Source of the DNA: a virus | IMG/VR virus record: IMGVR_UViG_3300036766_000416 | Coordinates: 1-64,000 of that record | Strand: one strand, 5' to 3' | DNA: 64,000 nucleotides | In this document: positions 52,848 through 63,809 of the stretch, in pieces | Layout: each line of letters starts with the position of its first letter | Position numbering within the stretch: the first letter of the stretch is position 1 | The notes under the pieces: generated by a model | Told to the model about the DNA's origin: nothing | The model's database searches: none | The model's input: the letters and a program-made list of their open reading frames with translations, nothing else | Position numbers and translations under genes: made by a program

Positions 52848-52881
52848 ATCACATAAATAGGACAATTAGACAAGGAATTCT

Positions 52882-54222
52882 ATGGCGAACAATTTCTCAA
52901 ATGTTTCCAGACGCCTCGGGTATGAGCGAGCTTTCACCTTCTATGATAGCTTTGTCACTACTGCGAACGATGCTGCAGTTGGTTACATAATGCTCGGAAG
53001 GAACATTTCTTGGAATGCGAATGACGAACCTATAGCCATCTACGATACTGAAAACACCTTATTCGATACCTATAACAATTTCCTAGGTGGAAAGAAAATC
53101 ACGGGTAATGACGTATTTCCCGTTATCCCCAGGGTCAATTGGGTGGCGAATACTGTCTGGACTCAATATGATGATGATAGCAATACCCTATTTACCTCAA
53201 CCAATTCCATGTATGTGTATGCTTCGGGCGGTAATGTCTACAAGTGTCTAAATAACGCTAATGGTGCTTACTCGACTATCGAACCCGCTAATAACTATTC
53301 AAGCGCAAATGGGTTCACATCACCAGGCGACGGGTACCTTTGGAAATATATGTATAAGGTGCCCAGTTCTAGTAAATTTCTTACGTCCGACTGGATACCA
53401 GTTCCATTAACCCAAACGGGGGCCTATTTCGGGTTTGCCAACAACCTTGTGGTTGGAGCCATCTCTCGCATTATCCTGACAAATGGTGGCGCCGGGTATT
53501 CAAACACCAACACCACGGTTTCTGTTACGGGTTCTGGGACCTCTGGGAATGTCACAGCCAACGTCAACGCAAACGGCAACGTGATTGCCGTGACACTCAA
53601 TAACAGGGGCGTAGGCTACTTGAGAAATAACACTCGAATCAGAGTAGTGGGTTCTGGGGCAAGTGCCGTTATCAGGTATATCTTGTCACCTTATGGTGGA
53701 CATGGGTACAACCCAGCCCGTGAATTGGGGTCCAATTCGGTGATGCTTTCGGTGAAAGTAGGAGAGGTTGATTCTACTGAAGGTCTCAAGATTACAGCCA
53801 ATAATGACTTCAGACAGATTGGGCTCCTTATGCGCCCTAATCGCTATGGTGAAAACACCACAGTTACCACGGCTAATGCTAACATTGCGGTGACCATGGT
53901 CACCCAGATCATCTTGACTTCTGGTCCATCATATCTTCAGGATGAGTTGGTGTATCAGGGTGCTAATGTGGCGTATTCCACCTTCTCAGCAAATGTATCT
54001 GACGTGTTCACCAACGCAGTTGAAACGACGCATCGGCGCGGAACTCCTATTCCAGGGGACCTGTTGATTGGGCAGACCTCGGGTATTTCACGCACATTGG
54101 TTGCTTTTACCAACCCCGACCTGGATGAGGAGTCTGGTGACCTGGTCTATGCAGAGAACCGATCCCTGGTCTTGCGTTCAGCGGGTCAGTCTGAGTGGGT
54201 GAAAATAGTCTTGAACTTCTAA
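52882..54222 (+). CDS. gp8: Baseplate wedge gp8
   Basis: IPRVNW, YVY...VYKCL.N, DGYLWKYMY, FRQIGL, SGDLVY.ENR. Confidence 0.85.
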   Translation: MANNFSNVSRRLGYERAFTFYDSFVTTANDAAVGYIMLGRNISWNANDEPIAIYDTENTLFDTYNNFLGGKKITGNDVFPVIPRVNWVANTVWTQYDDDSNTLFTSTNSMYVYASGGNVYKCLNNANGAYSTIEPANNYSSANGFTSPGDGYLWKYMYKVPSSSKFLTSDWIPVPLTQTGAYFGFANNLVVGAISRIILTNGGAGYSNTNTTVSVTGSGTSGNVTANVNANGNVIAVTLNNRGVGYLRNNTRIRVVGSGASAVIRYILSPYGGHGYNPARELGSNSVMLSVKVGEVDSTEGLKITANNDFRQIGLLMRPNRYGENTTVTTANANIAVTMVTQIILTSGPSYLQDELVYQGANVAYSTFSANVSDVFTNAVETTHRRGTPIPGDLLIGQTSGISRTLVAFTNPDLDEESGDLVYAENRSLVLRSAGQSEWVKIVLNF

Positions 54223-54231
54223 CACAGAGCA

Positions 54232-54239
54232 TATAAATA
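54232..54239 (+). promoter_or_regulatory. T4-type late promoter
   Basis: TATAAATA upstream of 54268. Confidence 0.75.
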
Positions 54240-54267
54240 CTTTTATTCAAAGGCTGGGAGCAATTTC

Positions 54268-57200
54268 ATGGCTATCGACTTGACGCAGAATCCATATTTC
54301 GACGATTTTGACGAAACCAAGAATTATCACAAGATATTGTATCGTCCAAGTTTTGCCGTTCAGTCCCGTGAACTCACTCAATCTCAGACCATTCTCCAAG
54401 ACCAAATCAAGAAATTTGGTAACCACATCTTCCAAAATGGTTCTATTGTCTCTGGTGGGCAGTCGATGCTTGAAACCACCGCAACGAAATATGCGTGTAT
54501 TGAAGATACGGACCCCACGGGCAACGAAATTGACGTAGACAATTTTATTGGTCAGTTTATTGTTGACTCAGCTAACACCGGTGTCCGAGCTTATGTTATT
54601 GCCGGCGCCGCGGCCACTTTGACCTCCCCAACAGTCCTTATTCTCAAATACACCTCCGGTCAAACACTCAATGTCGCTAATACAATGCCTATTAGGACAG
54701 AAGATGGCTTATATTCAGCCAACCTGTTGTCCAACGTGGTTAGCTTTACAGATGTCACAAGTGGTAACACGCTCGGTAATGCGTCCGTCTGCAGCGTTGA
54801 TGAAGGGGTGTTCTTTGTTGATGGGTACTTTGTCCAGGTATCACCGCAAACTGTTATTCTCAATGCGTTTGATAATACCCCCACCTATCGTATCGGATTA
54901 CAGATTGATGAGGCTATTGTTGATGCGACCGAGGATGCATCGCTACTCGACCCAGCGCAAGAAGCGACAAATTTTCAGGCACCTGGCGCGGACCGCTATC
55001 AAATAAATTTGACCCTGGTCAAACGATCCTTGACGTCCACAGACGACACCAAGTTTATTGAGTTGATTCGCGTGTCGAATGGAACTCTCACCAAGAAAGT
55101 TGTCTATCCAGTCTACTCCGCATTAGAGGAAACCCTCGCCCGTCGAACAAACGACCAATCGGGTTCTTTCACTGTTCGTCCATTCAAGATTGCGACCGTC
55201 TCTCATCCAACGTATGCGAATGCGTATAACATTGTTGTGGAACCAGGTAAGGCCTATGTGCAGGGTTACGAATTTGAAACCATCGGACCAACAGTGATCA
55301 AGTCTGAACGAGCAAGAACCGCAGCGAATGTTACAAACTATAACACCACGATTGATTATCAGAACTGGTTAGAAGTCACTCGACTTGCTGGCCCCATCCC
55401 ATTCAAAACACTTCAGGCCGGAGTCATTCATTGCGTCAGCACTGCCAACATTGCAGTTTCCAATGCTGCTGTGGCATCAAATACAGTTATAGGAACACTT
55501 CGTATCCGTGCGTTGGATTTTCAAAGTGGTGCGAACGCTTCATCGATCATCAACTCAGTTTGGCGCGCCTACACATTTGATGTTGATGTGGGTGAGAGTG
55601 CGACGTGTAATTGTGGCGCAACAGGTTCCGCAAACACCATGTATCTTGCTCCAAATTTCTCGTCTATTGCCAATGCGTATGTAGGTGTCAAATTCACTGT
55701 CACAAATCATGCTGGAGCGGCGCTTGATGAAACACATACAATTGGACAGTATGACGGGGCCAACAATTTGGCAACTCTACAGGGCACGGAGACGTTCGCG
55801 TTTGGCACTCCTACGACCGCAACTCAATTCAGACTCAACTTCGAATTCAAAGACGCAGAGTGTGTTGTGTATGCGAACACCACCACAAACCAGCATATCT
55901 TTTCAACAACAATGGACGTCAGTTCTTCGAGCAAAGAAGCATTTTTGATTGACCGGTATGAGGGAGCATTCCTTACTGACACTGGATTCAACCGTTCGAT
56001 TCTTGAACTACCCTACCCGACTATTGCTGATCAAACTGTGGTGGGTGGTCTGCCGTTGACCAATACCGAGTACTTCGGACGTAAATCCTACACTGGGCAG
56101 AGTTTCACAGCGAATGTCACCACGATCACCAGTGCCGCAGGTATTACTTCCGCAGTCAATGGGTCACTATCGGGTTCTGATGCTGTAGACAATATTCTCG
56201 TGGTTGTGAAGAACAACACAGGTTCCCCTCTGGGTAATAACCAAGTTATCAATTTTTCATCTGGCAACCCAGACGGCAATACGGTTTCTGTCACCACCGT
56301 TAGCAATACCTCTACGTGGATTATTACGGTGCCTAATATGAACAGCGCGGCATCGGCCGATGTGTATGTGAAGGTCAAATTGCCCTATTCGCACGTCATT
56401 GGAAGTCTGCTTCGCAGCAAAACTGCGAGAATTGCGAACGTGGCCAGTGGGTTGAATTCTGGTGGTGTTCAGATACCTGATACGACTGGATTGGTTCAGT
56501 GGTTCTCACAAGGTTCCGGTACCCTAGGTGCTCAAATCACCATTTACGCGAACTCTGCAGCATGGCTCAATCTCAAGGACCCATCGAAGGCACAATCCCT
56601 CTTTACAGCAGACGTATCCTCGCTTCGCAAAGTCATTGATGTTGGAACGAATGTTATTGAAGATGGCAACGTCGCTATCGCCGCAGATATCACCAATCGC
56701 TATACCCTCGACAATGGACAACGCGACAATTCCTATGACCATGCCTCCATCACCTTGAAACCACAATCTCAGGGGCCAACAGGTAATGTGGTCATTTATG
56801 TGGATTACTTCGCACACTCTGGATTGGGATACCTCACGGTTGATTCGTATATTTCGGGAAACGTGAGCTATGCGAATATCCCATCATATACATCAGCCAC
56901 CACAGGGCAGGTGTTCTTGTTGCGCGATTGTATCGATTTCCGCCCTCGTCGCCAGGATGCCGATTTCCTAGGTATCTTTGATGAAGAGTTGTTTGGAATA
57001 TCTGGTCTCACATTTGAGACCGATTTTTCCTACTACCTAGCCCGCATTGACAAAATCATGTTGACAAAAGATCGGGTGTTTGAAGTGTTGTCTGGTGTTC
57101 CGTCCCTGTTCCCGGTATCTCCGGCGGACAAAGACAACGCGATGACGTTATACACCCTCGTATTGCCTCCATTTACTGCGACGACCAAAGAAATCCGACA

Positions 57201-60200
57201 ACGCTATAACGATAACCGGCGCTATACCATGCGCGACATTGGTACATTGGAAAAGCGTATTTCAAACTTGGAATACTACACCTCCTTGAACTTGCTTGAA
57301 CAAACCGCAAAGAACCAGGAAATCACGGATGATGTGGGTGGCAATCGTTTCAAGAATGGTATTCTTGTAGACCCATTCAAAGGACACTCGATTGGTGATG
57401 TGCTTAACGTGGATCACATTTGCTCTGTTGATCCGCAGAACGGTGAATTACGTCCACCATTCGTTCCACGTAGTTTGTTTCTTTCTTTAGTACCGACTAA
57501 CTCAACAAATTATGCGCGTAAGGGGGCATTCCTCACGCTACCCTATACCGTTCGAACCCTTATTGATCAATCATTCTCCTCACAGGCGATCAATGTCAAT
57601 CCATTCAATACGGTTTCGTTTATTGGCCAACTACAGCTTGATCCAACATCGGACATCTGGGTGGACCGAGACCAAGCACCCGATGTGAATGTGAACCTTG
57701 AGGGTGACGCCGATGCTTGGGAAGCTCTGGCATTTACTGTCAATAAATCGGCAGCCAATGGCACCTTTGGAGAAACTACATTCGGGACTATCTGGAATGA
57801 TTGGAACACATCATTCTATGGTGAAAATAAATTATCTGATAGGAAGATTGTTCCTAAAAACCGCGGTTGGTTGGGGCCATTGGGGCACTATGTTCCTGTA
57901 TATGGCAATGTTCTCAACCGTAGCACAACCGAGATCACTCAAACGCGGGCCCGCTCGGGCGTCACCTCCAAATTTTCAACTGAGGTGATCACCGAATCCA
58001 TTGGCAACAAGGTCAAAGATGTATCGGTCATCCCGTATATTCGTTCAAGGGGGGTGTTGTTTGTTGGAAAAATGTTCGCACCCAACACAAACCTCTATGC
58101 GTTCTTTGATGAAACGGCGGTGACGAATTATTGCAACAGACCGAACATTGTCAAGGTAGCCGATAATGATGTGGATTACCAAGACGATTACCAAGACACC
58201 GAAACAGTTCGTGTGTGGGACCCCGCAAGAGGCCAGAACACCGCCTTTGGTGTTGTCGCATTGAGCCGTAATGAGCCCGATTACAGCAACGTCAGTGTCA
58301 TCAATGTAACTGGGGGCGATGACGCGAACATTGCGAATGCGTATTTTGTTCACTCAACGAATTCGACGTTCTTGATTGGAGAAACCAGTGGAGCAAATTC
58401 GCGCATCTCTGGGTACTATCATAATGCAGGATTTGTTACGAATCCCAATGTGTCGAGCATTCTCTTGTCGCATGACATTGCCAATTCCAATAATGGCATC
58501 TCCAATACAACAATCGTGGGACAGACTATCTATTTCACTGCTGGTGAGGGTCTCGGTCAATCCTCAGTGATTACTTCATACAATTACATTACGCGTAACG
58601 CGTCGTTCAGTCCAGCGGTAACGGTAACACCAAACACCGAAACTGCCTATTCAATTGGACAATTCCAAAGTGATTATCGTGGTGAATTCTCGGGTATCTT
58701 TGTCATTCCATCCAATGATAACACAAGATTTCGCACCGGGGATAGACAATTCACATTCGTCGATTCCTTCTCTGGAAACCTAGAAGGTTCGGGAACCAAC
58801 GGTTCAGTCACCTATCAAGCTTCGGGTCTCTTGGAGACGTTGGAAAATACGATTATCTCGACGCGTGTTCCTGTTGTTCAGCGCACCGTGTTGAATCAAG
58901 CCAAAACCACTGTTACCTCAAAAATTACTGATACTGTTGTTGGGAAAATCCAAGTCGGCTATTGGGACCCTCTCGCCCAAACATTCCTGGTCGATCAGAC
59001 ATTCCATCCATCTGGTGTCATGATTACGGGTATTCGTTTGCTCATTAAGAGTACGGACCCTAATATCCCAATGGAAATACAGTTACGCCCTGTGGTCAAT
59101 GGATTCCCACATTCCTCTCAGGTTATACCTGGTTCTGATGTTGTGCTCAACGCCAGTGATATCAACCTTTGCTCTGAGGAATCCCTCGCTGCGGTGAACG
59201 CCGCGGGAGAGAATCCTTTGGATGATGGCACACTCTATACACAAATCGACTTTAGCGGACCTGTGTTCCTGCAGCAAGGGGCCGAGTATTGCGTGGTCCT
59301 AATGGCGAATTCTGTGAAGTACCAAGTCTACGTCTCACGAATGGGTGACAAGTTACTGGGCACAGAACGACTCATCTCTTCGCAACCATACCTGGGAGTC
59401 TTGTTCAAGTCACAGAACTCAACCACATGGAACCCAATTCAGGAAGAGGACTTGACGTTCCGCTTGCTGTATGCGGAGTTTGATACCAGCGTGCAGTCGA
59501 ACATCGAATTTCAATTGTCCTCTTCGAATGCTATTAGCGCCAATGTGCCACTGGATACGTTCTATATTTCATCAGGTAACCTCTTGTTGCCAAATACCAG
59601 TATCAATGCGTTGTTTGCTTCCACGACTTCTACAGGCGTCAAGGAAGAAAATAGGATCATTCCGTTGGATGAGAATATTTATTTCGATGATACAATCGGG
59701 CGCCGGGTGGCCACGAGCACTGCAACTTCTTTCAAGTTGCGCCTGCTCTTGTCGTCGTTAAATGAGGATATTTCACCTATTGTGGATATGGACCGGCTCT
59801 CATTGTTGGCTATTGAGAACCTTGTCAATAACTTGCCACTGACTAACAATTCATTGGTGGTGATCAGTTCAAGCAACAATTGGATCACTGCGGCAAACCT
59901 CACTGTCACGATTTCGGGTGGAGGTGGCAGCGGGGCTAATGCGTATATTGCCAACACACAAATCGATAGCAATAATAGAGTCCTCGCCAACGTAGTGGTC
60001 GATCTCTCAGGAAGCGGATATACCACCACTCCGACAGTGACCATCACGGGCAATAACACCATTACTGCGAACGTGCAGGTAGTTGGTGAGGATCGTTCAT
60101 CGGGTGGTCCGGCATACGCTCGTTACATTACACGAAAGGTCACCCTTGCTGATGGTCTGGACGCCGGAGATTTCCGTGTATTCTTTGAGGCCTATAAGCC

Positions 60201-60507
60201 GACTAATGCGGGTATCTATGTTTACTATAAGATTCTCTCGTCTGACGACGTCGATGTATTTGACAATAAAGGTTATCAACTGATGACCGTTATTCGGGGT
60301 GCCACCAACGTATCCTTGAACCAAGATGACTGGAAGGATTTTGTTCATGCCCCAGGCTCCGATAACATCGCTGCGGACCGTGTTCAATATGGGTCATTCG
60401 TGAGCTTCAAATATTTTGCGATAAAAATTGTAATGACTTCAACGGACACCACGAAGGTGCCTCGCATCAGAGATTTCCGAGTTGTGGCGTTGCCTTCTCT
60501 CTCATAA
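54268..60507 (+). CDS. Large virion structural protein (VrlC/DUF4815-like)
   Basis: NPYFDDF, VQSRELTQ.Q, DNRRYTMRDIG.LE.RI..LEYYTSL, DPLAQTF, EDL.F. Confidence 0.82.
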   Translation: MAIDLTQNPYFDDFDETKNYHKILYRPSFAVQSRELTQSQTILQDQIKKFGNHIFQNGSIVSGGQSMLETTATKYACIEDTDPTGNEIDVDNFIGQFIVDSANTGVRAYVIAGAAATLTSPTVLILKYTSGQTLNVANTMPIRTEDGLYSANLLSNVVSFTDVTSGNTLGNASVCSVDEGVFFVDGYFVQVSPQTVILNAFDNTPTYRIGLQIDEAIVDATEDASLLDPAQEATNFQAPGADRYQINLTLVKRSLTSTDDTKFIELIRVSNGTLTKKVVYPVYSALEETLARRTNDQSGSFTVRPFKIATVSHPTYANAYNIVVEPGKAYVQGYEFETIGPTVIKSERARTAANVTNYNTTIDYQNWLEVTRLAGPIPFKTLQAGVIHCVSTANIAVSNAAVASNTVIGTLRIRALDFQSGANASSIINSVWRAYTFDVDVGESATCNCGATGSANTMYLAPNFSSIANAYVGVKFTVTNHAGAALDETHTIGQYDGANNLATLQGTETFAFGTPTTATQFRLNFEFKDAECVVYANTTTNQHIFSTTMDVSSSSKEAFLIDRYEGAFLTDTGFNRSILELPYPTIADQTVVGGLPLTNTEYFGRKSYTGQSFTANVTTITSAAGITSAVNGSLSGSDAVDNILVVVKNNTGSPLGNNQVINFSSGNPDGNTVSVTTVSNTSTWIITVPNMNSAASADVYVKVKLPYSHVIGSLLRSKTARIANVASGLNSGGVQIPDTTGLVQWFSQGSGTLGAQITIYANSAAWLNLKDPSKAQSLFTADVSSLRKVIDVGTNVIEDGNVAIAADITNRYTLDNGQRDNSYDHASITLKPQSQGPTGNVVIYVDYFAHSGLGYLTVDSYISGNVSYANIPSYTSATTGQVFLLRDCIDFRPRRQDADFLGIFDEELFGISGLTFETDFSYYLARIDKIMLTKDRVFEVLSGVPSLFPVSPADKDNAMTLYTLVLPPFTATTKEIRQRYNDNRRYTMRDIGTLEKRISNLEYYTSLNLLEQTAKNQEITDDVGGNRFKNGILVDPFKGHSIGDVLNVDHICSVDPQNGELRPPFVPRSLFLSLVPTNSTNYARKGAFLTLPYTVRTLIDQSFSSQAINVNPFNTVSFIGQLQLDPTSDIWVDRDQAPDVNVNLEGDADAWEALAFTVNKSAANGTFGETTFGTIWNDWNTSFYGENKLSDRKIVPKNRGWLGPLGHYVPVYGNVLNRSTTEITQTRARSGVTSKFSTEVITESIGNKVKDVSVIPYIRSRGVLFVGKMFAPNTNLYAFFDETAVTNYCNRPNIVKVADNDVDYQDDYQDTETVRVWDPARGQNTAFGVVALSRNEPDYSNVSVINVTGGDDANIANAYFVHSTNSTFLIGETSGANSRISGYYHNAGFVTNPNVSSILLSHDIANSNNGISNTTIVGQTIYFTAGEGLGQSSVITSYNYITRNASFSPAVTVTPNTETAYSIGQFQSDYRGEFSGIFVIPSNDNTRFRTGDRQFTFVDSFSGNLEGSGTNGSVTYQASGLLETLENTIISTRVPVVQRTVLNQAKTTVTSKITDTVVGKIQVGYWDPLAQTFLVDQTFHPSGVMITGIRLLIKSTDPNIPMEIQLRPVVNGFPHSSQVIPGSDVVLNASDINLCSEESLAAVNAAGENPLDDGTLYTQIDFSGPVFLQQGAEYCVVLMANSVKYQVYVSRMGDKLLGTERLISSQPYLGVLFKSQNSTTWNPIQEEDLTFRLLYAEFDTSVQSNIEFQLSSSNAISANVPLDTFYISSGNLLLPNTSINALFASTTSTGVKEENRIIPLDENIYFDDTIGRRVATSTATSFKLRLLLSSLNEDISPIVDMDRLSLLAIENLVNNLPLTNNSLVVISSSNNWITAANLTVTISGGGGSGANAYIANTQIDSNNRVLANVVVDLSGSGYTTTPTVTITGNNTITANVQVVGEDRSSGGPAYARYITRKVTLADGLDAGDFRVFFEAYKPTNAGIYVYYKILSSDDVDVFDNKGYQLMTVIRGATNVSLNQDDWKDFVHAPGSDNIAADRVQYGSFVSFKYFAIKIVMTSTDTTKVPRIRDFRVVALPSLS

Positions 60508-60520
60508 GGATTTGAGGACC

Positions 60521-60760
60521 ATGCTAAATAATATTGTTCAGATTGAAAATAATCCCGATTTAGTGAGGGACATAGAATCGAAAGCGGTGTTGAGTGTCGA
60601 TGTATCGGGGTTATCGAGATACAAGGAAGCTCGCCGGCGCACACTTATGTCAAAACAAGAGATGATGGAGACGAAAATTCGTCTAGAACAAATAGAGCAA
60701 GAAATGACCTCATTGAAACGAATTGTGAATGAATTGTCGGTGTTGAGGAACGGGGTATAG
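60521..60760 (+). CDS. Small conserved protein after VrlC-like gene
   Basis: GAGG SD, LVRD..SKA.L motif and coiled coil. Confidence 0.65.
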   Translation: MLNNIVQIENNPDLVRDIESKAVLSVDVSGLSRYKEARRRTLMSKQEMMETKIRLEQIEQEMTSLKRIVNELSVLRNGV

Positions 60761-60761
60761 T

Positions 60762-61481
60762 ATGGAAGAATCTTTTGTGTATTGTTGGACCGATCATATT
60801 AAAAATATGAAATATATTGGATACCATAAAGGTTCACCAGACGATGGTTATGTGTGTTCCTCTAATCCAATGACACTAGAATATGAGAAAAGACCTGAGG
60901 ATTTTACACGGAAGGTTCTGCGTAGTGGTCCGGCAAAAGATATGTATATTTTTGAAACTTGGATTCTGGGGGCCGTGGATGCACGAAACAACCCAGAGTA
61001 TTATAACATGCACAATAACGAGGCGCCTTTCTGGAACCAAGGTTCGGAAAAATATTCGTTAGCGCTAAGTATGGGACTCAAGAGACGATGGTCTAGTGAA
61101 GCGGCACGGATTGAGCAAGGAGAAAAAGCAAAAAATGGATGGGCCGACCCTGAAGTGAGGTCAAGACGTATGATGGGAATAAAGAAGCATTGTGATAACC
61201 CAGTTGTGCGAGCCCATAGGAGTGCGATTGCTAAGTCCTCTCCTAAATCTATACTTCAACGAGAACGAAATCATAGTGATCCCAGTCGTATAGCAAAACA
61301 TGCAGCGGCAATGGCAAGAACGTACCGTGTTAGGTGGCCTGATGGCAAGCAAGAAGTTGTTACGAATATGAGGGAATTCTGTAGAACACATGAACTCAAT
61401 GCGGGTAATATGATCCAGGTGTCCAAAGGACGCTACGCACATTCTAAAGGCCTTAAGGTTATAAAAGTGGAGACACTATGA
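60762..61481 (+). CDS. Seg-like GIY-YIG homing endonuclease
   Basis: FVYCWTD....KYIGYHKG..DDGY.CSS, YYN..N. Confidence 0.8.
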   Translation: MEESFVYCWTDHIKNMKYIGYHKGSPDDGYVCSSNPMTLEYEKRPEDFTRKVLRSGPAKDMYIFETWILGAVDARNNPEYYNMHNNEAPFWNQGSEKYSLALSMGLKRRWSSEAARIEQGEKAKNGWADPEVRSRRMMGIKKHCDNPVVRAHRSAIAKSSPKSILQRERNHSDPSRIAKHAAAMARTYRVRWPDGKQEVVTNMREFCRTHELNAGNMIQVSKGRYAHSKGLKVIKVETL

Positions 61482-63784
61482 GCATTTCACAAATAACAAC
61501 TGCGAACACTTTCGGAATGTTGATTTCTGCTGTATCTGCCCTCATTAGTGTGAGTAATAATTTTACAGACGGACCACAATCTCAAACGGGTTCAACGTGG
61601 ACCTTCACCAATGCTAATGTCGGTGTCAATGTCATTGGCACATTATTGTCAACGAATGCCAACGTCGGTATCTTGAATTGCTCCAATGCCAATGTCACCA
61701 ATGAGACCATTGGTCGCTCGAATATCTCCACTGCGAACGTGACCGTAGCGAACGTGGTAGCTGCAACGATCACCGACCTCAATGCGACCCGTATCACCAC
61801 AGCCAATGCGAACGTCACCTTACTGTTACAAGTGGATGACAGAGCGAATATTTTCTCAGCCAATATTCAATCTGCGAACATCACAACCTTGGGTGTATCG
61901 TTTCTGTCAGCTTCGGAACTAACTCTAGCGGTCCTGAACGCCTCGTTTGCGAATATCACGACCTTGTCGGTCACCGGAACTTCTCAACACCAGGCTCTGG
62001 TAGCCACCCTAGTCACCACAGACAACTGCAATGTGAGAATTTTGAACGCGTCCACTGCGAATATTTCCAACCTCACGGCACCCACTGTCAATGCTTCATT
62101 TGCAAACCTCACAACGGCCTCTATAGGAACCTTAACAATCACCACTACAGCAGTGGGTACGGTGACCACCGGAATCTTGAATGCTTCATTTGCGAACATC
62201 ACCAGTGCGAACATTGTTGCTGCGAACATTGGGCAGGCAAATATCACACAGATGACAGGCACCACAATTACAACTCTCAATGTTTCCTCGTTGAATGTTA
62301 CGGCAATCACCAGCGCACCAACGATGGCCGGCAACCCTACTGCGAACCTGCATATTGCAACCAAGAATTATGCGGATACGGGCGCTGGTGGTAACGTGGT
62401 CTGGAAGAATACATTCTCCGCGAAGGGGGATCTTCCTGTTGGTAACGGGGTCAATACGTTCACGAACATTCAATCCGGTGTCAATGGGCAATCACTCATC
62501 GTTGATACTCAAACATCTTCTGGGTTGCGCTGGTCAAACACTGCACCTTCACAGAGCTTTCGTGGTCTTTCCTTACAGACGTCTGTCACCGATTTCAAAA
62601 ATTCTAACGCCAATAATATCATTCTTGAACATGTTGATGAAATTACAATGGACGATGGAGAACTCGTTAGAGGTTGGACAGACAAGAGTGTGATTATCAA
62701 TACAGCAAACTCCGGCGTGGGTGGCCTAGACACCGGCACAATGTTAGCGAACACCTGGTATGAAATCTATGCGATTCGTAAACGTTCAGATGGCACAAAG
62801 GGGTTCATCATTCATCGTGCCTTGGATCGTTATGTTGATCAGAATACTGCTGGTGTCGCACAGTTCGCGCACAACGCCACAGTGCAGGTCAATCGAGTCA
62901 CCGCCCCAAATGTCAGAGTGGCACAGAGTTTTGTAGCGAACGTATCAGGTCCCTTGACAAGTTTTGAAATGAGAATGTTCAAGACTGGAACTCCAACCGG
63001 CAATGTGTGGATACAACTTCATGCTAATACCGCAGGAGACCCCGGGGCAAGTGCCCTTGCGATCAGTCGAAAATATGATGTGGCACGTATGGTAATCACA
63101 ACTCATTATCCAATACGATTTGTGTTTGATGTAACAGCCAACGTGGTCGCAACAACGAGCTATTTTGCTGTTGCTCAAACTGACTTTACAGCCAGTGACA
63201 CAAATCATATAACTTTGGAAGCCTCCTCAACTGACTATTTCAACGGAGTGGTGAAGGGGAATACGGGGGCATCGTGGGTCGATCTCTCACCTGGTATAGG
63301 TACTTTGATTTTCAAGGAGTACGTTGAAGCCAATAGCACTTCGTTGACATTCCCTGCTGGGTATGACCAGAAGTGTTTGGTTGGATATACTGCCACTGAT
63401 CAGGCCGGAAAACTTCGAGAATTTACGCAACGAGATAGGAAAATTATGTGCCCCCTCACTGCTCAATGGATGGGTTTTGCATCTATAGGTACTGAGAAGG
63501 AAGTGTCGGACCTTACGACTGTCCTGCCTCCGACTACTGCTGAAGTTATGTTTATGATAGTTGGTGGAACAGCAAGTCCTCAGGCTATGTCATTGGGAAG
63601 GCTTCATGCTATCGATCTGACTGCTGTTACCATAGCAGACACCTTGGGAGGTATCGTGTGGTGTCAGGCTAGTGGAGGCACAACCATATCACCCACACCT
63701 CCAATATGGGTTGAGCATCAGGCTCTCAATATGCGTGTTCAGACCGCTGCTGGTAAGCTCTATCCAGTATCGATCACATTCTAA
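61478..63784 (+). CDS. Tail fibre-like structural protein
   Basis: N-terminal ANV/ANI/NAS beta-helix-like repeats, HIATKNYAD motif, distal beta-rich domains. Confidence 0.6.
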   Translation: MSISQITTANTFGMLISAVSALISVSNNFTDGPQSQTGSTWTFTNANVGVNVIGTLLSTNANVGILNCSNANVTNETIGRSNISTANVTVANVVAATITDLNATRITTANANVTLLLQVDDRANIFSANIQSANITTLGVSFLSASELTLAVLNASFANITTLSVTGTSQHQALVATLVTTDNCNVRILNASTANISNLTAPTVNASFANLTTASIGTLTITTTAVGTVTTGILNASFANITSANIVAANIGQANITQMTGTTITTLNVSSLNVTAITSAPTMAGNPTANLHIATKNYADTGAGGNVVWKNTFSAKGDLPVGNGVNTFTNIQSGVNGQSLIVDTQTSSGLRWSNTAPSQSFRGLSLQTSVTDFKNSNANNIILEHVDEITMDDGELVRGWTDKSVIINTANSGVGGLDTGTMLANTWYEIYAIRKRSDGTKGFIIHRALDRYVDQNTAGVAQFAHNATVQVNRVTAPNVRVAQSFVANVSGPLTSFEMRMFKTGTPTGNVWIQLHANTAGDPGASALAISRKYDVARMVITTHYPIRFVFDVTANVVATTSYFAVAQTDFTASDTNHITLEASSTDYFNGVVKGNTGASWVDLSPGIGTLIFKEYVEANSTSLTFPAGYDQKCLVGYTATDQAGKLREFTQRDRKIMCPLTAQWMGFASIGTEKEVSDLTTVLPPTTAEVMFMIVGGTASPQAMSLGRLHAIDLTAVTIADTLGGIVWCQASGGTTISPTPPIWVEHQALNMRVQTAAGKLYPVSITF

Positions 63785-63792
63785 ATGTGACT

Positions 63793-63800
63793 TATAAATA
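63793..63800 (+). promoter_or_regulatory. T4-type late promoter
   Basis: TATAAATA. Confidence 0.7.
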
Positions 63801-63809
63801 CCTTTCACT

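Noticed and set aside
48454-60507. Inteins or introns in the large baseplate genes
   Set aside because: Reading frames are continuous, with no intein splice-junction or LAGLIDADG motifs noticed.
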